A DNA stretch of 64,000 nt from Eledone cirrhosa (GCA_964016885.1 OZ024743.1:103478001-103542000), one strand, 5' to 3'. Counted from the stretch's first letter, positions 26,900 through 40,960 are shown. Notes: generated by a model not told the origin, from the letters alone. Program-made: numbers and translations.

Positions 26900-29800
26900 T
26901 CGGAGAAGATAGACGTGTTTTCGTTTCGCTCCTGCATTTTGTCGGAATTTATTACGAGAAGCGGTATGCCTGTTTAAGTAATTTGTTATTTGTTGTGTTT
27001 AACCCCTCGCCTGGGCCTGCAGACGTTGGGTAAAATAAATTTCGCCCCTTTTTGGGGCGAAATTTAATAGTTATAAGTTGTCGATAAAAAGTCGTTTAGT
27101 GAGAATGGACGCCATTAAAACGACGCATGCCACGCCCCCAAGGAAAGTGATAGAGAGAAGGTAGCAGCACAACGCTGTAAGCCTTCCCACCTCACTTCCG
27201 CAAAAGACACCACGGAATCAAAAGAAAAAAATGTGGAAATGTGTGAAAACCCCAAAAGTAACAATTACACAAACAAGAACAACAATGACAATAACAACAC
27301 AACCAACAACAGCAACAATGACAATAACAACACAACCAACAACAGCAATAATGACAACACCAACAAAGGAAAAAATCAAGCCAACACGAATAACAACAAC
27401 AACAATGATAACAACACCAAAGAAAACGGACCCACAGCTGCAGTCGTCTTCGCACAGGCGGTCCGAGAAACGCAGACATACAAGGCACTGGACATCTCGA
27501 ATGCCAAGAAATTGCTGAAAGAAGCAAGAAATTGTGTAAATTTCGGGGAATGTGGGGAATTCACAATTACCTCCCCCGAAGAAATTAGAAGGGACACAAT
27601 CCTCAGGACTGTAATCTTTAGGACAGTTTCGAACACGACTAGAAAACCGGCTCAATTGTCCCAAAGCGAAATTGAGCTGGTCCTAAGTAGTGGCTGGAAG
27701 GATATCGCTTTCATACAGAAAGGGAAACTGTATGGAAGCATATCTGTTTTAATGCAAGATGAATTTGTGGCACGGAAATATTCTGTGTCGCCAATTGTAT
27801 CCAAAGCATACACCTTTTTCCCCACATATTTGGGGAAAAGAACTCAAAAGATAAGAATCTTGGGCATCAGGCCAAATGCGAGCATTTGGTGGGTGCTAAC
27901 GGGATTCTTAGAAGATGAAGACACAATCCTTTCGATAGGCGGCAATAGCCTTGAAGTTCTGGTCCAAATGAGACCAGAACGGATAGCAAGAATACCGCAG
28001 CGTGTGTCGCTGGATGGAGTCGCCTTCATAAACATTTCTGTTGAGGGCCGGCAGCCTTCATGCCCCCCCCCCCCCCCCAAGAAAAAGACGATTCTGCCCA
28101 CCCCACACACAACAATACAACCACCACCACAACAACAACACGAAAAAATAACAACACAAGACACTGTCCCACCCAACCCCTCCCCATCTAAAACAAATAC
28201 AAAAGCAACCACAACAAAACCCCCAAATATACCCCTCCCCAACAAGACGGACGCGGACCCCTTATCAACATCACCCAGTGACGACGAGGGAGAACCCTTT
28301 CAACCTGTAAAAAGAAAGAAAAGAAGGCACCACATTAAGAAAAATGCAACAAACACACAACCACCAGCACAAACAGGACAAACATCACAAACAAACAAAA
28401 TCCACCCCACCCGAAAACATAACACACACTACAAATCGCAAACACACACAAGAACAACAAACAAAAACAAACACAACACAACAAAAACAGTATACATACA
28501 TCAACACAAACAACAAAAGACTTGTGCAAACAATAGACAAAGACCCTTCGGTGGAAACCGAAGGGAAAATGTTAACCAACGCGGCGACTAAACCGCATTT
28601 AAAAATGATTAGGGTCCCAAGGGACACCTACGCAATGCTCAAACAGAACTTTGCCGAGGATGTGGGGAACCCCTGTACAAGACCTAGCAACCGCGTCCTT
28701 TTGAAATGTTTCCCCGCCACCACCCCAGACACCCCTCCCCCACCAAACACCACCACCCCACCAAACAACCCCGCCGACACCCCCATGGAAATTGTGCAGC
28801 CTGGTCCCCAGGAGAAGGACAGGTAGGTGTCTTTTCCTTTTTCTCCACTCTAAACTCTTCACCACCAACATGGCTGTTATAAGAGTTGGATGTTTAAATG
28901 TGCGCGGCCTGGGGTTGTCCTGGAAGCAAGGCAAACTCTTAAATGACCTCAGGTCGCACAGAATGGATGTGATAGCTATTTGCGAGTCCAGGATCAGCAG
29001 CGAGCACCAACTGGCCCCCATCTTCGACGAGTTTGAGATCTATACATCTCTCTGTCACCCGGGGGTGGGGGTGGGGTGGTCGAAAACACCTGGGCCTCGC
29101 AACACGGAAGGTACACCTGGACCCGAAGGGTCGACTGGTGGTACTAGACGTTGGCAGTAGTGAAGGTGGAGCCTTCAGGCTGGTGGCAGCATATGCCCCA
29201 TCTGGGACACCACGACCGGACTTCTTCCAACGCCTAGAGACTTTTCTGGGAACGTCTCGCTCCTTGCTTTTAGTGGGGGACTGGAATGGTATCCTGGATG
29301 CACGTTGGGACTATGTAGGGGCATGTCCCTAAGGAGGGGGTGTAAAAGCCTCAAACGGTTAATCGGCCGATTTGATCAAGCCGATAGATATCGACTAGAT
29401 TTTCTGACAGTGCCACTGTGGACGTGGACTTATCGCAGCAGAACATCTAGGTCGTACCTAGATAGGTTCCTAGTTAGAAATAAGGATTGGGACATATTAA
29501 GCTGTCCACGAATGTTCATGGTTGACTATTCGGATCAAAAGTTGGTGACCGGAGTGGTCAACCTTGATAGAACCCATAGACAATGACCCGGTTACTGGAA
29601 GCTTAACTTGTCCTTACCGACAAGTAAAGCTTACAGTAAGCGGATTAGTTATCTAGTTAAGCAGCGGTTGACGGGGGCAATTGTCAACAGCAGGTGGTGG
29701 GGCTCTCTCAAGAGAGAAATTAGAATAGAATCGATAGGTTTTAGTCAGGAATTAGCATCAGATAGGAATAGAACTGAAAGGGAATTGATAGATAGAGTAG

Positions 29801-30080
29801 AAGAGGCGATAGGAGGGCAACATGGCCGGCGTGCTGGCGTCAAGAACGGCCCTAGACCAGTTATTTGACACGAAGTACGAGTACTGTGTTGTCAGGAGTA
29901 AAATACGTGCTCTGGGTAATGAGGGAGCCAAAGCTGTTAGCTGGGCACGAGTGACAGAGGAAACAAGTCCACGATTCGGTCTTTGAACGACCAGGATGGA
30001 CCCGTGATACTTGAACCTGAGTGGATGTGCGCGGCCTTTCAACGGCGCTTTGCACGACTGTTCGGGAGGGGCGGCGGGCT
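26900..30080 (+). mobile_element. Tx1/L1-clade LINE, 5'-intact, 3'-truncated
   Basis: ORF1 ~27105-28826 (SVEGRQPSC). ORF2 APE from 28870: MAVIRVGCLNVRGL, LVGDWNG, SYLDRF, YSDQK, GYWKL. Many disruptions. Confidence 0.88.
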
Positions 30081-32386
30081 CACTGGATAGCTTCCTCACT
30101 GCCCATTTCTGGGTGAGAGAAGCCACCCTGCGTCACCTCGTCCCAGTTTTTGTCAGTCTGGAGGTCCGGACCGAACCAGACCCCTAGCAATTTAAACGGT
30201 CCGTCCGTCCAGCGCCCGATGACGCAGTTGGACTTTTCCTGGTTGATCATTGCTCCTGTCACTGCCTCGTATTCTCTTAGTGCCGATCGCCTTGATGTGT
30301 TTGGCGTTCGACACCACTACGGTGACATCGTCCGCATATGCTGACACGGATCTTCCGCATCCTAGTTTGCGCGGGACCCCCCTCAACGTCTCCAGTTTGT
30401 GCAGTAATGGCTCGAGAGCCAATACATACAAGAGAGACGACAGGGGACATCCTTGATGGACCGAGCGCATGATGTTGAACGGTTCCGAAAGGTGACCGTT
30501 CACTCTCACCACAGAGCAGATGTCGCTGTGCATGGCAGCGATCCAGCCTCTGAAGACGGGCCCAAAGCCAGCCGCCCTCAGGACTGACGCCAGATAACGA
30601 TGGTCGACCCTATCGAAAGCTTTCGACTGATCTAAATTGATCAAGGACCCACCCGCAGAAAAGTCACTCTTTTTAGAATAGCTACCCTCTCCACGATATA
30701 TCGCATGAGGTGTAGGTTATCGTCGATGGATCTGTCTGGATGGCGCATGTCTGGGCCTCTCCCACCAGACCACCAACGACAAGCACCAACCTCTTTGCTA
30801 GCACCTTGGCCAAAATCTTGAACTCTGTTATGGGCCTGAAATTATCTATGTTATCCCCTTTCTTCGGATCCTTTCTAAGCAGCGCCACTGCTCCTCGACT
30901 CACAGAGCTGGGAGTTCTCCCGTTCTGTTGCCAGTTGTAGTATACATCCGCCAAGAGGCCTCCGAACAAGTCTGGCATTTGTACGCAAAGTTCGTAGGGT
31001 AGACCATCCAAACCAAGCGATTGACCCCTTGTGAAGCCAGTCATTGCCTCCCGTACTTCAGCGGCTGTTATCGGCTTTCCGCAACACTCCGCCTCAGTGG
31101 CCGAGAGCCGCGGCAGTCCGTCGAGGTTGGCACTAAAGTCCATCCCACTATCCGGCCCGCCACTGCCCTCGAATAGCTGAGCGAAGAGTCGCTGAAAAGC
31201 TTCACACATTTGCCCGGGATCGAGTAGCATGCGCCCGTCGTGGTCCACCAAAGACCTGATCGAGGCTTAGTTGCCACGACGCGCCTTCGCCACTCGGGCC
31301 CATTGATCGGCTTTCGTCCCCTCATATCTGAGAGCACGCACCCTAGCTCTGACAACGCAGCCTTCGTGCTTTGCATTGAAGAATTGGTCAAGTGCCAATT
31401 TCGCCGCAAGTATGTCGGTCGCGATGCCTTTACTAAGAGCCTCATCTAATTTTCTAACTAGTTCTCCCTCTGTTCTATTTTTCTCTATTGCTAAAGCCTT
31501 ACTAAACCGAATGGACTCTATTCTAATCGTACTTTTCAGAGCAAACCACCATTTGCTGTTGACGATGGCCCCCGTCAACGCCCGCTTAACTAGTTCGCTA
31601 ATCCGGTCTCTGTAAGCCTTGCGCGCTGTTAAAGACGCGTTTAGCTTCCAGTAGCCGGGTTCCTGTCTATGAAGCCTATCTAAGTCAACCTCACAGATCA
31701 CGAATTTGTGGTCCGTGTAGTCGACTATTTTGAAATGTGGACAACCTATGCTAGACCTATCTATTTCCCTACAAAATACTCTATCTAGATATGATCTGGA
31801 TGACCCGATGCGGTTTATCCATGTCCACATTGGCACATTCGAGAAATCCAGACGGTACCTGTCAGACAGTTGAAATCGTCTGAGGAGGTTTGCGAGGCTT
31901 TTACACCCTCCTCCCCTATCCGCTAATCCCACACAGTCCCAGCGTGCCTCTAAGATCCCGTTCCAGTCGCCCACTAACACTAATGAGCAGGACGTTCCAA
32001 GAAAGGTCTCCAGACGCCGTAAGAAATCAGGCCGCCCTGCTCCTGTCGGGGCATAGACGGCCACTAGCCTAAAAGCTTGCTCGTCTCCGTTGGTCACGTC
32101 CAGCACCACCAACTTACCTTCTGGGTCTAGGAAGATGGCCCATATAGCGAGATCCAAGCCCATCCGAAAAAGCACAGCAACTCCTCCCCCGATTCTGGAC
32201 GGCTGGGAGATGCGTATACATCGTAGCCGCCGAAGATCGGTACAAAGCTCGTGCTTCGGAGATTCTGGTCTCGCTGATGGCCACCACATCTATGTTTAGT
32301 GACCTGAGGTCGTTGAGCAGGTGGCCCTGCTTCCATGACGACCCCAGGCCACGCGCATTTATGCTGCCTATTCTGAGTGAGATCAT
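30081..32386 (-). pseudogene. LINE ORF2 (APE endonuclease + reverse transcriptase), frameshifted
   Basis: ORFs 32114-32386, 31267-32289, 30682-31251, 30192-30644 and 30080-30262. Confidence 0.92.
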
Positions 32387-32769
32387 GTTGAAAAGGAGTG
32401 GAAAAAGATGGGAAAAACCACTTACCTCACTTCTCGTGGAGGAAGGATGGTTTTTCCGTCCTTTTCACTGCTTGTGGCCTCCCCCGGAAGGATGTCTTTA
32501 TAAATCCTCCTGGAGAGTGTTTGTCGGAAGTCTCTGATGTCCTTGGGGAATTTTAATTTTAGTGTCGTGTACGTTTTCTGTGTGGTGCGAGTGATTTGTA
32601 TGTGTGGAGGGGGTGTGAATTTTTGGGGTGTTGTGTAGTCTTTTTCTGTGATGCTGCTGTTGTGTTGGATGTAGTGTAATAATTGGTTGTTGTTAAAATT
32701 TAATGCTGTGTAGTGTGTATCGTTTTGGTTGTTTTGTTTTGTTTGCGTTTGTTGTGGGTTTGATTCTGT

Positions 32770-33756
32770 TTAGCTTGTTGATTTGTGTGGTGTTGGTGAT
32801 GGTTGTGTTGGGGTTAATGATGGTGATGGTGTTGGTGTTTGTGGTGATGGGTCTGGTGATGCTGGTGTGGGTGGTGACATAGCTGTTTTAACTTTTTTGT
32901 TAGTTTGTTTGTTTGTTTGTTTCGCCCTCCATTTTTTGGGGGGTGGGGCGAAGAAAGAGGATGTTTTTCTTTTTTTGGTTTCTTTTTTTTTCTTTTTTCC
33001 AGATACAGTTTCCAACTCCCCCTCGTCGTCACAATCTGTTTCCAGTTGCGATAGGTCGTGGAGTGGAAAATCCTCCACAGGCGTTGGTTTTTGTTGTGGC
33101 GTGGTGGATGGTGTAGGCGCTGGAGCTAATTCTGGCGCGGTGGGTGGTGGTAGTGTTGGTTTTGCTACTGTTGCTGCTACAGTTGCTGGGGTTGTTGCTG
33201 CTACACCTGCTTCTGTTGTTGCTGCTACAGTTGTTGCTGTAATTTCTGCTGCTGATTTCGATGGTTGAGTCACTGGGGTGGGTAGGAGAAGTGGCCTCAA
33301 CCTTTTAGCCTGAGGGCAGAAAGCCTTTAGGTGGGTTCCTTCGCCACAAACGACACACCTAGGCCTTCTACCCTCAACGATTACGGTGAGGTGGCTGCCG
33401 TCATTGAGGTCTATCACCTCTGGAATTTCCTCTATGTATTTTTGGTCCGCTTGGATCAGGAACTCCATCCCAGATCCGCACCAGTTTTCCTGCTTTACTT
33501 TTACCACTTCAATTACTTTAGCGTGGGCCTCGATGTCGGCGAGGACGGCAGCCATTAGACAGGGAATTTCAATGGCAGGTGGAACCTGGGTCTCCCTGAT
33601 CCTTACCAGCCTCTGACCACAATAGCTTGGGACGAGTGTGAACTCGTCACCTTTTAATGGGGCCATGGAGTGCTCTCTGGCTTCCTGTGGGGTTCCAAAG
33701 AACACTCCACGGTTCCATATTTTTGCCCACTTCTGATGTGGATTTTTTGAACCCAC
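32770..33756 (-). pseudogene. LINE ORF1 (CCHC knuckle) central part
   Basis: IVEGRRPRCVVCGEGTHLKAFCP followed by a Pro/Thr-rich tail. Confidence 0.8.
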
Positions 33757-34837
33757 ATATGTCCCAAAGCTTTTTGTACCTGGAACTCGGATGCCCGTTC
33801 CACTCGGCGCGTTTTAATATTTATCGTCCGATATGACACGGTGCATAGGCGCCGATGCTCCATAGTATTAGATGGGTGGGGGGCTGACCCTGTAACCATG
33901 TTTTTTTACCATTTGCTTGGCTTCATTCAATTCTTCCTGGCTTACGTCAACCGTTTCATTTTTGTTTGCCGCTTTAGCAAACCTCACATTTGGTTTTGCG
34001 CTGATGTTGATATTGTTGTTGTTATTCTTATTGTTGCTATTGTTGCTGTTGTTGTTATTGCTATTTTTGTTATTATTATTTTTTAGTTTCAGTTGTGGTG
34101 GTGGTGGTGGTGTCAGTGGCGTTCTACGTAGAAGAGTAGATTTTCGGAGAATTACATTTCGATATCACGAGAAAATAATTTATTTTTTGTTTCAGTTGTT
34201 GTTGTGGTGGTGGTGGTGGTAGTGTTGGTGGTGGTAGTTTTGGTATCAGTGGTGTTGGTTGTTCTTTTTGACATTGTGGTGGTGGGGATGGCGGCTTTAA
34301 CACCTGTAAACATTGGTAATGGCGGGAAATCCATGTCTGTATGTGACAAATCTAAATAATTGGCATTGCTATTACATATATTTTCAGTGTTGGCATTTTT
34401 TCTGTTGTCTATATTTTGGTTGTCGCTGTTATTGTTGTAGTTGGTGTGGCAATCTTTTTAAAATTAGTGTTCTCAGTGTTGTTGTCTTTGTACACGTTGT
34501 TTGTGGTGGTGTTTGTTGTATGAATTTCTGTAACCCTCCTCTCAACCTTTACGCCGCTGTCACACGACAGCAGACACATCGCGGGGGGAGGGGGCTGGGG
34601 GGCTCAGCCATGTTTTTGTTTTTCAAATTTTTAAAAGTAAAATGTTCAAAAATTAATCAAATATTTGGGCCAAAAGGCCCAAATATTACACCTTCCCCTT
34701 CACAGGGCAGAGTCCAAGGGCTTATATCCCTTACACAACAAGAAAAATTAAACAACAAATAATTATAACAGGTAAATAAAGCGACCTACTGGGAGCGAGC
34801 AAAAAGACGTCCGAACAGACCAATAATAATAATTATT

Positions 34838-35140
34838 ATTATTTCTACTTTTGGCACAAGGCCAGCAATTATTTGAACTCAGGATTTGAACTCAGTCGAT
34901 AAAGGGCCGTAACTTTTTGCTGTAAAGCATGGAGTCCGACCCTTCCACCATTAATAACAATAATAATAATTGTTTCTACTTTTGGCACAAGGCCAGCAAT
35001 TATCCCAGTGTATTACTTGTACTTTATTTAATCGACCCCGTAAGGATGAAAGGCAAAGTTAACCTCGGCGGGATTTGAACTCAGAATGGCAAGGGCCGTA
35101 GCTCTATGCTTGGCCTCCGACCCTCTACCGATACTGCCAA
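34838..35140 (-). mobile_element. Two tandem tRNA-SINE copies (first internally deleted)
   Basis: tttctacttttggcacaaggccagc at ~34842 and ~34973; ggatttgaactc B-boxes. Confidence 0.8.
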
Positions 35141-35249
35141 TAAGGAACAGCAGCAATCACTTTTGATCGCACCTTGTGCTGATCGATTGCGAAACGTGCG
35201 TCTCGTGTAAATAAATACACTGATGTTATATTAATACTTCGTTTTTGCT

Positions 35250-35361
<112 letters not shown>

Positions 35362-35936
35362 CGAGAGAGCGAGAGAGAGCGAGAGAGAGAGAGAGAGAGA
35401 GAGAGGGGGGTTAGAAAATGAAGAACACCCTTGGTACAGTAAAAATATATACGAAAAAGAGTGACTTTTCTGCTGGTTATTATTTTTTTTTAACTATCAA
35501 AACATTTGATCATTAATAAAAATTCTTTATTACAACTTTTCACACACATACACACATACACATAATAATGATAATGAAACGATTGTGCTCAGGTGCACTA
35601 CAACTCATGTATCATATATCTAATATATATTTGTGAAATGGGTGGTGGTTGAAATTCAGATGTGCACGGTTAAATGGTAGTAGACGCGGCCGGACGGACA
35701 TGAAAATTTACACACCTATGTAAAAAGTGCCAAGGAAGCAAATAGACGAGTTTGAAATAGACGAGTTTCAAATCTCTAACTTGAAAAATGTGGTCTCTAG
35801 GGTCCCCAAACGGTCTATTTACTATCGCGTTCGGTGAGTTATTTCCCCGTTCTAATACTTTTGTCTTATTTACAATTTCATACAAATAAAGCAGTAAATA
35901 AAGGATTGTGAGTTCATGCAATTGACTTATGTTTCG

Positions 35937-35994
<58 letters not shown>

Positions 35995-36034
35995 GAAAAC
36001 GCTTTAATAAAAAAAAAATATCAACTGTAATCTA

Positions 36035-37560
36035 ATATATACCAGATAGAAAAATGCGTACAGCAAAAAAAAGTAATATTGTTGGAATATAAACCTTTAA
36101 AACTACAGGACAAGAAACTAAAATAAAACTTTAAAAGAATAGGACAAGAAACTAAGATAAAACTTTAAAAGAATAGGACAAGAAACTAAGATAAAACTTT
36201 AAAGAATTGGACAAGAAATAAAAAAAAAGAAATAAAAAAACAGTGCCAAAAGAGGATACATCACGAACGAGATCGCGCGAATCAAAAACAGATGCAGCGA
36301 TCCCGCGAGTGGTGTCACTCATACCAAGCGATTCCTCGAGGTACTGGAGACGAACGGGTACCCTACCTCGCTCACAGACAGGGTGGGAGACGCCAGACAC
36401 AAGAGACAAAGAGGCACCCAAGGCAAGTGCTTCCTTAAAATGCCACACCTGGGCGAGAATACCACCAACGCTATCCGCAAGGCTATACGGAGGGAGGGCC
36501 TCGACATCCACTTGGCCCACTCGGGCCCCTCCCTGCGAAGATGCCTCTCCAGGAAACCCGGGAAATCTACTGAGGCGTGCTCCCTCAGAGACTGCCCGAT
36601 ACGCCATACGAACTGTTGCCTACGCACATACGTCGTGTATAAGATAGAATGTGACAGGTGCAACCAATACTATATAGGTAGCACAATCCGACCTTTGCAC
36701 ATCCAGATCAAGGAACACACTAAAACTAGGGCCTCGTCTTTCCGGAAACACATAGACAAATGCGGAAACAAAGACGAAAGGCCCATTGTCACAATTCTAG
36801 CGACTGGAAGAAACGCCGGCACGTTACGTATCAAGGAAGCGCTTTTTATCAAACCCCTGAAACCGCAAATAAACAATCGATCCGAGAGAAGCGAAATGAG
36901 GTGGCTGGTTTAAGTTAACAAACGATGCAACAACACACGCACACACACACACAAACGAGACAACTACACACGCACACGCACACACACAGTAGCATTCCAC
37001 CATACGAACATACTACACTGCCAATACAGAGGAACAAGGCAACAACACACGCACACACACACACACACTCAAGCGAGACAACAACACACGCACACACACA
37101 CACACAGTAACATTTAACAAACAGGCAGAGAATGGACTGACAGCTAGCGCCACCCCACTCCCACATTCGGCCGCTGACCTCTTCCCAACCGACCCCATTT
37201 CACGCGCACGCGCGCTCTGCTGGATACCTCAGATATTCAAAACAACAAACAGCGGAGGATGCGTTTCGCACCTTTCCGACAGACAACCTTTCCTCCACAC
37301 CGGAAAAACTCACAGTTGATGGATGTGAATCCGAAATATATAGGGACAATTAAATCTCTCCCAAGGTAACTCTTTCTCGTGTTGTTATTTTTATTTTATC
37401 CTTTATACTCTTTCCTTCATTCCTCTACACGTCTTATACACACCACGCATCACAACGTACACCCACTTACATCTCTCTCTCCACCACCGGATCTTGTTAC
37501 CCGGAGATTTACCCATTTGCATTGTCGAGGCTTCCAAACGACTTAAAGATATTTACCCAT
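36035..37560 (+). mobile_element. 5'-truncated Penelope-like element (GIY-YIG)
   Basis: ORF 36383-36913: CSLRDCPI..VVYKIECDRCNQYYIGSTIRPLHIQIKEH..LRIKEALFI..PQINNR. Has a gga..tcc-GAAA-TATA-TA HHR remnant at 37321-37342 and a 3' end at (TA)n. Confidence 0.85.
36095..36220. repeat. ~34-bp tandem repeat
   Basis: aaactttaaaagaataggacaagaaactaagata, about 3.5 copies. Confidence 0.8.
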
Positions 37561-38139
37561 ATATATATATATATATATATAATATGAAAACGCTTTAATA
37601 AAAAAAAATATCAACTGTAATGTATGTATGCATGTATTTATGTGTTTATATGAGCGTGGATATGCAAGTTAATCTTACTTTGTGGAGAGCTTATCCTTAG
37701 CATAATATTCATCCTAGAACAGCATATATTTGAAAGTTTTCAGGGAGTTGAATTACTGATTTTGGATCGGCAGCTTTAGCTTTGAAAAAATGAAATGTGC
37801 AGTGTAAACATTTTTTATTATTCCTCCGGGGATGAATCTTTTCTGCATTTTTCCATCTCTTTCTTTCTCTCTGGAAGAAATCAGCCGTAGTAAGACCTAA
37901 AAAAATTGTTAAATACACCATGACGCACAGTGCATCACGGTGTAGTTGAAAAGCAGACTCAGAACATGGCGTTGTGTGGGGGTGGCTCGCAGCCCATTGT
38001 TCCAGGGGAAGCAAAAGAAGAAGAAGAAGTGAGCTGGAGTCCTATCAAATATGTAGGTTGTGTCTTAAATTGAAGGTTTAGTAGAAACAATTTATGTATA
38101 GTTTTGTACTTTTCTTTTTGTCATTCATATATAAACAAA

Positions 38140-39232
38140 TCTACTATATAAATTGGAAGTGGTCGGACGTTGTATATGTAGATGTAGTCGGATAAACGTC
38201 GAAATGGCTTGGTGGAATGCAGCGAAAATTTACAGTTATGCAGAATGACCCGAGGAGGCGTTGGGTCGACTTTCAAGCTACAATCTTCCTGGTTACGGAG
38301 AAAATCGACGAAACAGGAATTTCCCATTCAAATTGAACTGAGAGTAATCTGTGAACGCAGAAGTAATTATTTCGAGAAACGTTGCAACCGAACGAAAGCA
38401 GGAAGTCGATATTTTGGTTCGTGAAGACGTTTCCTGGCAATGAACGGGAAAAAATCGAGGATAATACGTCGTTATGTGGAGCGTGAAGAACAATTTCATG
38501 CAAAGATAAGACCAAGTTTATGGTATAAATGGAGTTGTTAGACTAATATTCTATTTAAAATAACAGAATGATTTCCAGCCCCGGAGTTTAAGAATGATGT
38601 AAATAAAATTGAAAACGAAAATGACAGAAGCTATTAAAATAGTAAAAGTAAATAGTTAAGATTTAGGCCAGTACATACGTATGCCCCGACGGACATACAC
38701 ATACATACGCACACACAAATACATACACCCCCCCCCCACCCCCCACACACACACACACAAACACACACGCACACACACGAACGCACGCGCGTATGTATAA
38801 ACCTTATGCATTTCTACAGTATTTTCACCAAACTTAAGACAGGTTACTTATGTACTCCGGGTGGTCATTGGCACTGTCATTTTTCCAGATATTGATTATA
38901 GGGCCCCCGGCAGATAACCCCTTTAACCACTTTAACCACTTCCTTGGAGTCGACTGAAGCACTGCAGTGCAATGCAACAAAACGTCATAACTTCTGGAGT
39001 TCGCAACCGATTTTCACAAAACTTGACACATGGGCTACGTTTGTCCTACAGATGAATGTGAACTCTCAGAATTGGCACATATTGAGTAGGGGACCCCTGG
39101 GGGCAGGAACGCTCTTTTGGAAAAAGCCGATGATTTTGTAAAAGTATAGTTTTCGAAGCAGCACTGAAGTATTGACATAAATGGTATACACAATTGCTAT
39201 TAATATCCGAGCAACGCCGGGAACCTCTGCTA

Positions 39233-39233
<1 letters not shown>
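38140..39233 (+). mobile_element. Non-autonomous Helitron (same family as 9857-10906)
   Basis: A|TCTACTATATAAATTGG ... ccgagcaacgccggg-aacctctg-CTAG|T. Confidence 0.88.
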
Positions 39234-39294
<61 letters not shown>

Positions 39295-39373
39295 AAAGCA
39301 TGTATTGAGTTAGAAACTCAAAATAGTCTCATTACAGTAAAATTAGCTTTAGGAAAAAGTTTTTTCCGAGCCG

Positions 39374-39616
39374 TATAGTATAACTGAACAAAAAATATAA
39401 ACGAACACAGACATATGCATGTATGCGTTCAAATCGTAATGGACCAGAAACGCTAAGGTGAAACAAATACTAACTACAGACAATAGGGTTTGCTAGATTC
39501 AATTTAAGAATAAATTAAGAAAAATAAATACAAACCAGTATTGTGGTCCATTACGATTTGAACGCACACATGCATATGTCTGTGTTCGTTTTTCTTTTTT
39601 GTTCAGTTATACTATA
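39374..39616. repeat. ~73-bp inverted repeat (family K) within a (TA)n-flanked block
   Basis: 39374-39446 is the reverse complement of 39544-39616. Confidence 0.8.
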
Positions 39617-39715
39617 TATATATATATATATATATATTTATACATATATGTTAAATATTTCTGAAGGAAAAAAGAGTGCTCTATGTATAAAACAGAGCTG
39701 TTTATTTAGTAACCC

Positions 39716-39783
39716 CTCTGTCTGATGAGCGAACTAGACGTATGTTAATATTGTCTAGGGTCCTGAAACCTTTGGTAATGGAG
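39716..39783 (+). ncRNA. Type I hammerhead ribozyme
   Basis: ctctgt-CTGATGA(39722-39728)-stem II ctagac/gtctag-GAAA(39765-39768)-cc ttt gg-TA-atggag. Confidence 0.8.
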
Positions 39784-39813
39784 TAGTTATATATTGTGTT
39801 GTTCACTTACTAA

Positions 39814-39954
<141 letters not shown>

Positions 39955-39989
39955 TGTGTGTGCGTGTGTGTGTGTGTGTGCGCTCTGTG

Positions 39990-40345
39990 TATGTTTGTGG
40001 CTTGGAATGGACGTCCGTTGATTTCGATGTTGAGTGCTCCACTTTTTCAATCAACGGAACAACCTGCTCACGAAATTAACGTGTAAGTGGTTGAGGATAC
40101 TACAAACATGTGTAACCTCAACTTAATTCTCAGGAAGATTTAGTATGATACAGTGGGTTGGCCTTTTATTACAGATACACTTCAGCAGATAGACTTCCAA
40201 ACATTTTTCGTCTGCCTAATTTCACTCATAAATCATTGGTCGTCCCGAGATCATGATAAATGACATCTACACAATATGCCATGCAATGGCATTGAACTCA
40301 GGACTTAATTATTTGAAGCGAACTTCTTAACCATTCAGTCATACT
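39990..40345 (-). mobile_element. Diverged octopus OK-like SINE
   Basis: From memory, resembles the octopus OK SINE (aacctgctcacgaaattaacgtg.., ttcactca..ttggtcgtcccgag..gccatgcaatggcattgaactc). Confidence 0.5.
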
Positions 40346-40559
40346 GCATCCATTATGTATTACATAAAACTAAACGTAATGCGTTAAAATTGACCATATG
40401 TTTCACTTTTTAGTAGCGTTTTAGATGTGTGGAGTATTTGGTTCCTTTTATGATATTAATAGCGGAGGACGAGAATATGGTTGTTTTAAGACGGAATTTC
40501 TAAACATAAATGAGCCATTAACAGTTTCTATTAATCCTTTGTTGTTTTTATCATTATTA

Positions 40560-40960
40560 ATATTAGTCTTACTTGAACCGCGTGTCATCACTACATTACC
40601 GAGCACAGTTCAGTGTGTGTTTGGTGTGTGCACTGTTGTCTTTGGTATTGTTATTTTTAATATATAGAGAGTTAAATGTGTGCAGTGCCTAGTAGTACTA
40701 TTTTCTATGTGTTCCCTATATTCTTTTTATAAGACATGGGATTTGGGTTATGAATGTTTGTGTTTTTTTATCATTTCCAGAGCACCTATCATTACAGAGA
40801 TGGTTTCTAGTTTCATCATTCACATTCTGGTTATTTTCTTGATAGATATATTGCCATCTCTGGGGATAGATACATGAATTTGAAAACAATTCTTTTCTTT
40901 GAAGTCTTAGTCTATAATATTCGGTCGGTTGGCTTTGATTTCCCTACGGACATAACCCAC
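40560..40960 (-). mobile_element. Decayed R4/Dong-type RLE retrotransposon fragment
   Basis: Minus-strand NRPNII..KEKNCFQIHVSIPRDGNISIK..SVMIGALEMI. Confidence 0.55.

Larger units (their letters stand above)
30081..34820 (-). mobile_element. Tx1/L1-clade LINE, 5'-intact, 3'-truncated
   Basis: ORF1 ~34611-32420 with CVVCGEGTHLKAFC zinc knuckle. ORF2 from 32386: APE (GSINARGL, SYLDR, YTDHK) and RT (GLDGLPYE, NFRPIT, LDQSKAFDRVDH, QGCPLS, AYADD). Confidence 0.93.

Noticed and set aside
27233-28591. 452-aa ORF as a host gene
   Set aside because: It lies just upstream of an APE ORF2 and resembles ORF1 of the opposite LINE (VEGR motif); it is LINE ORF1.
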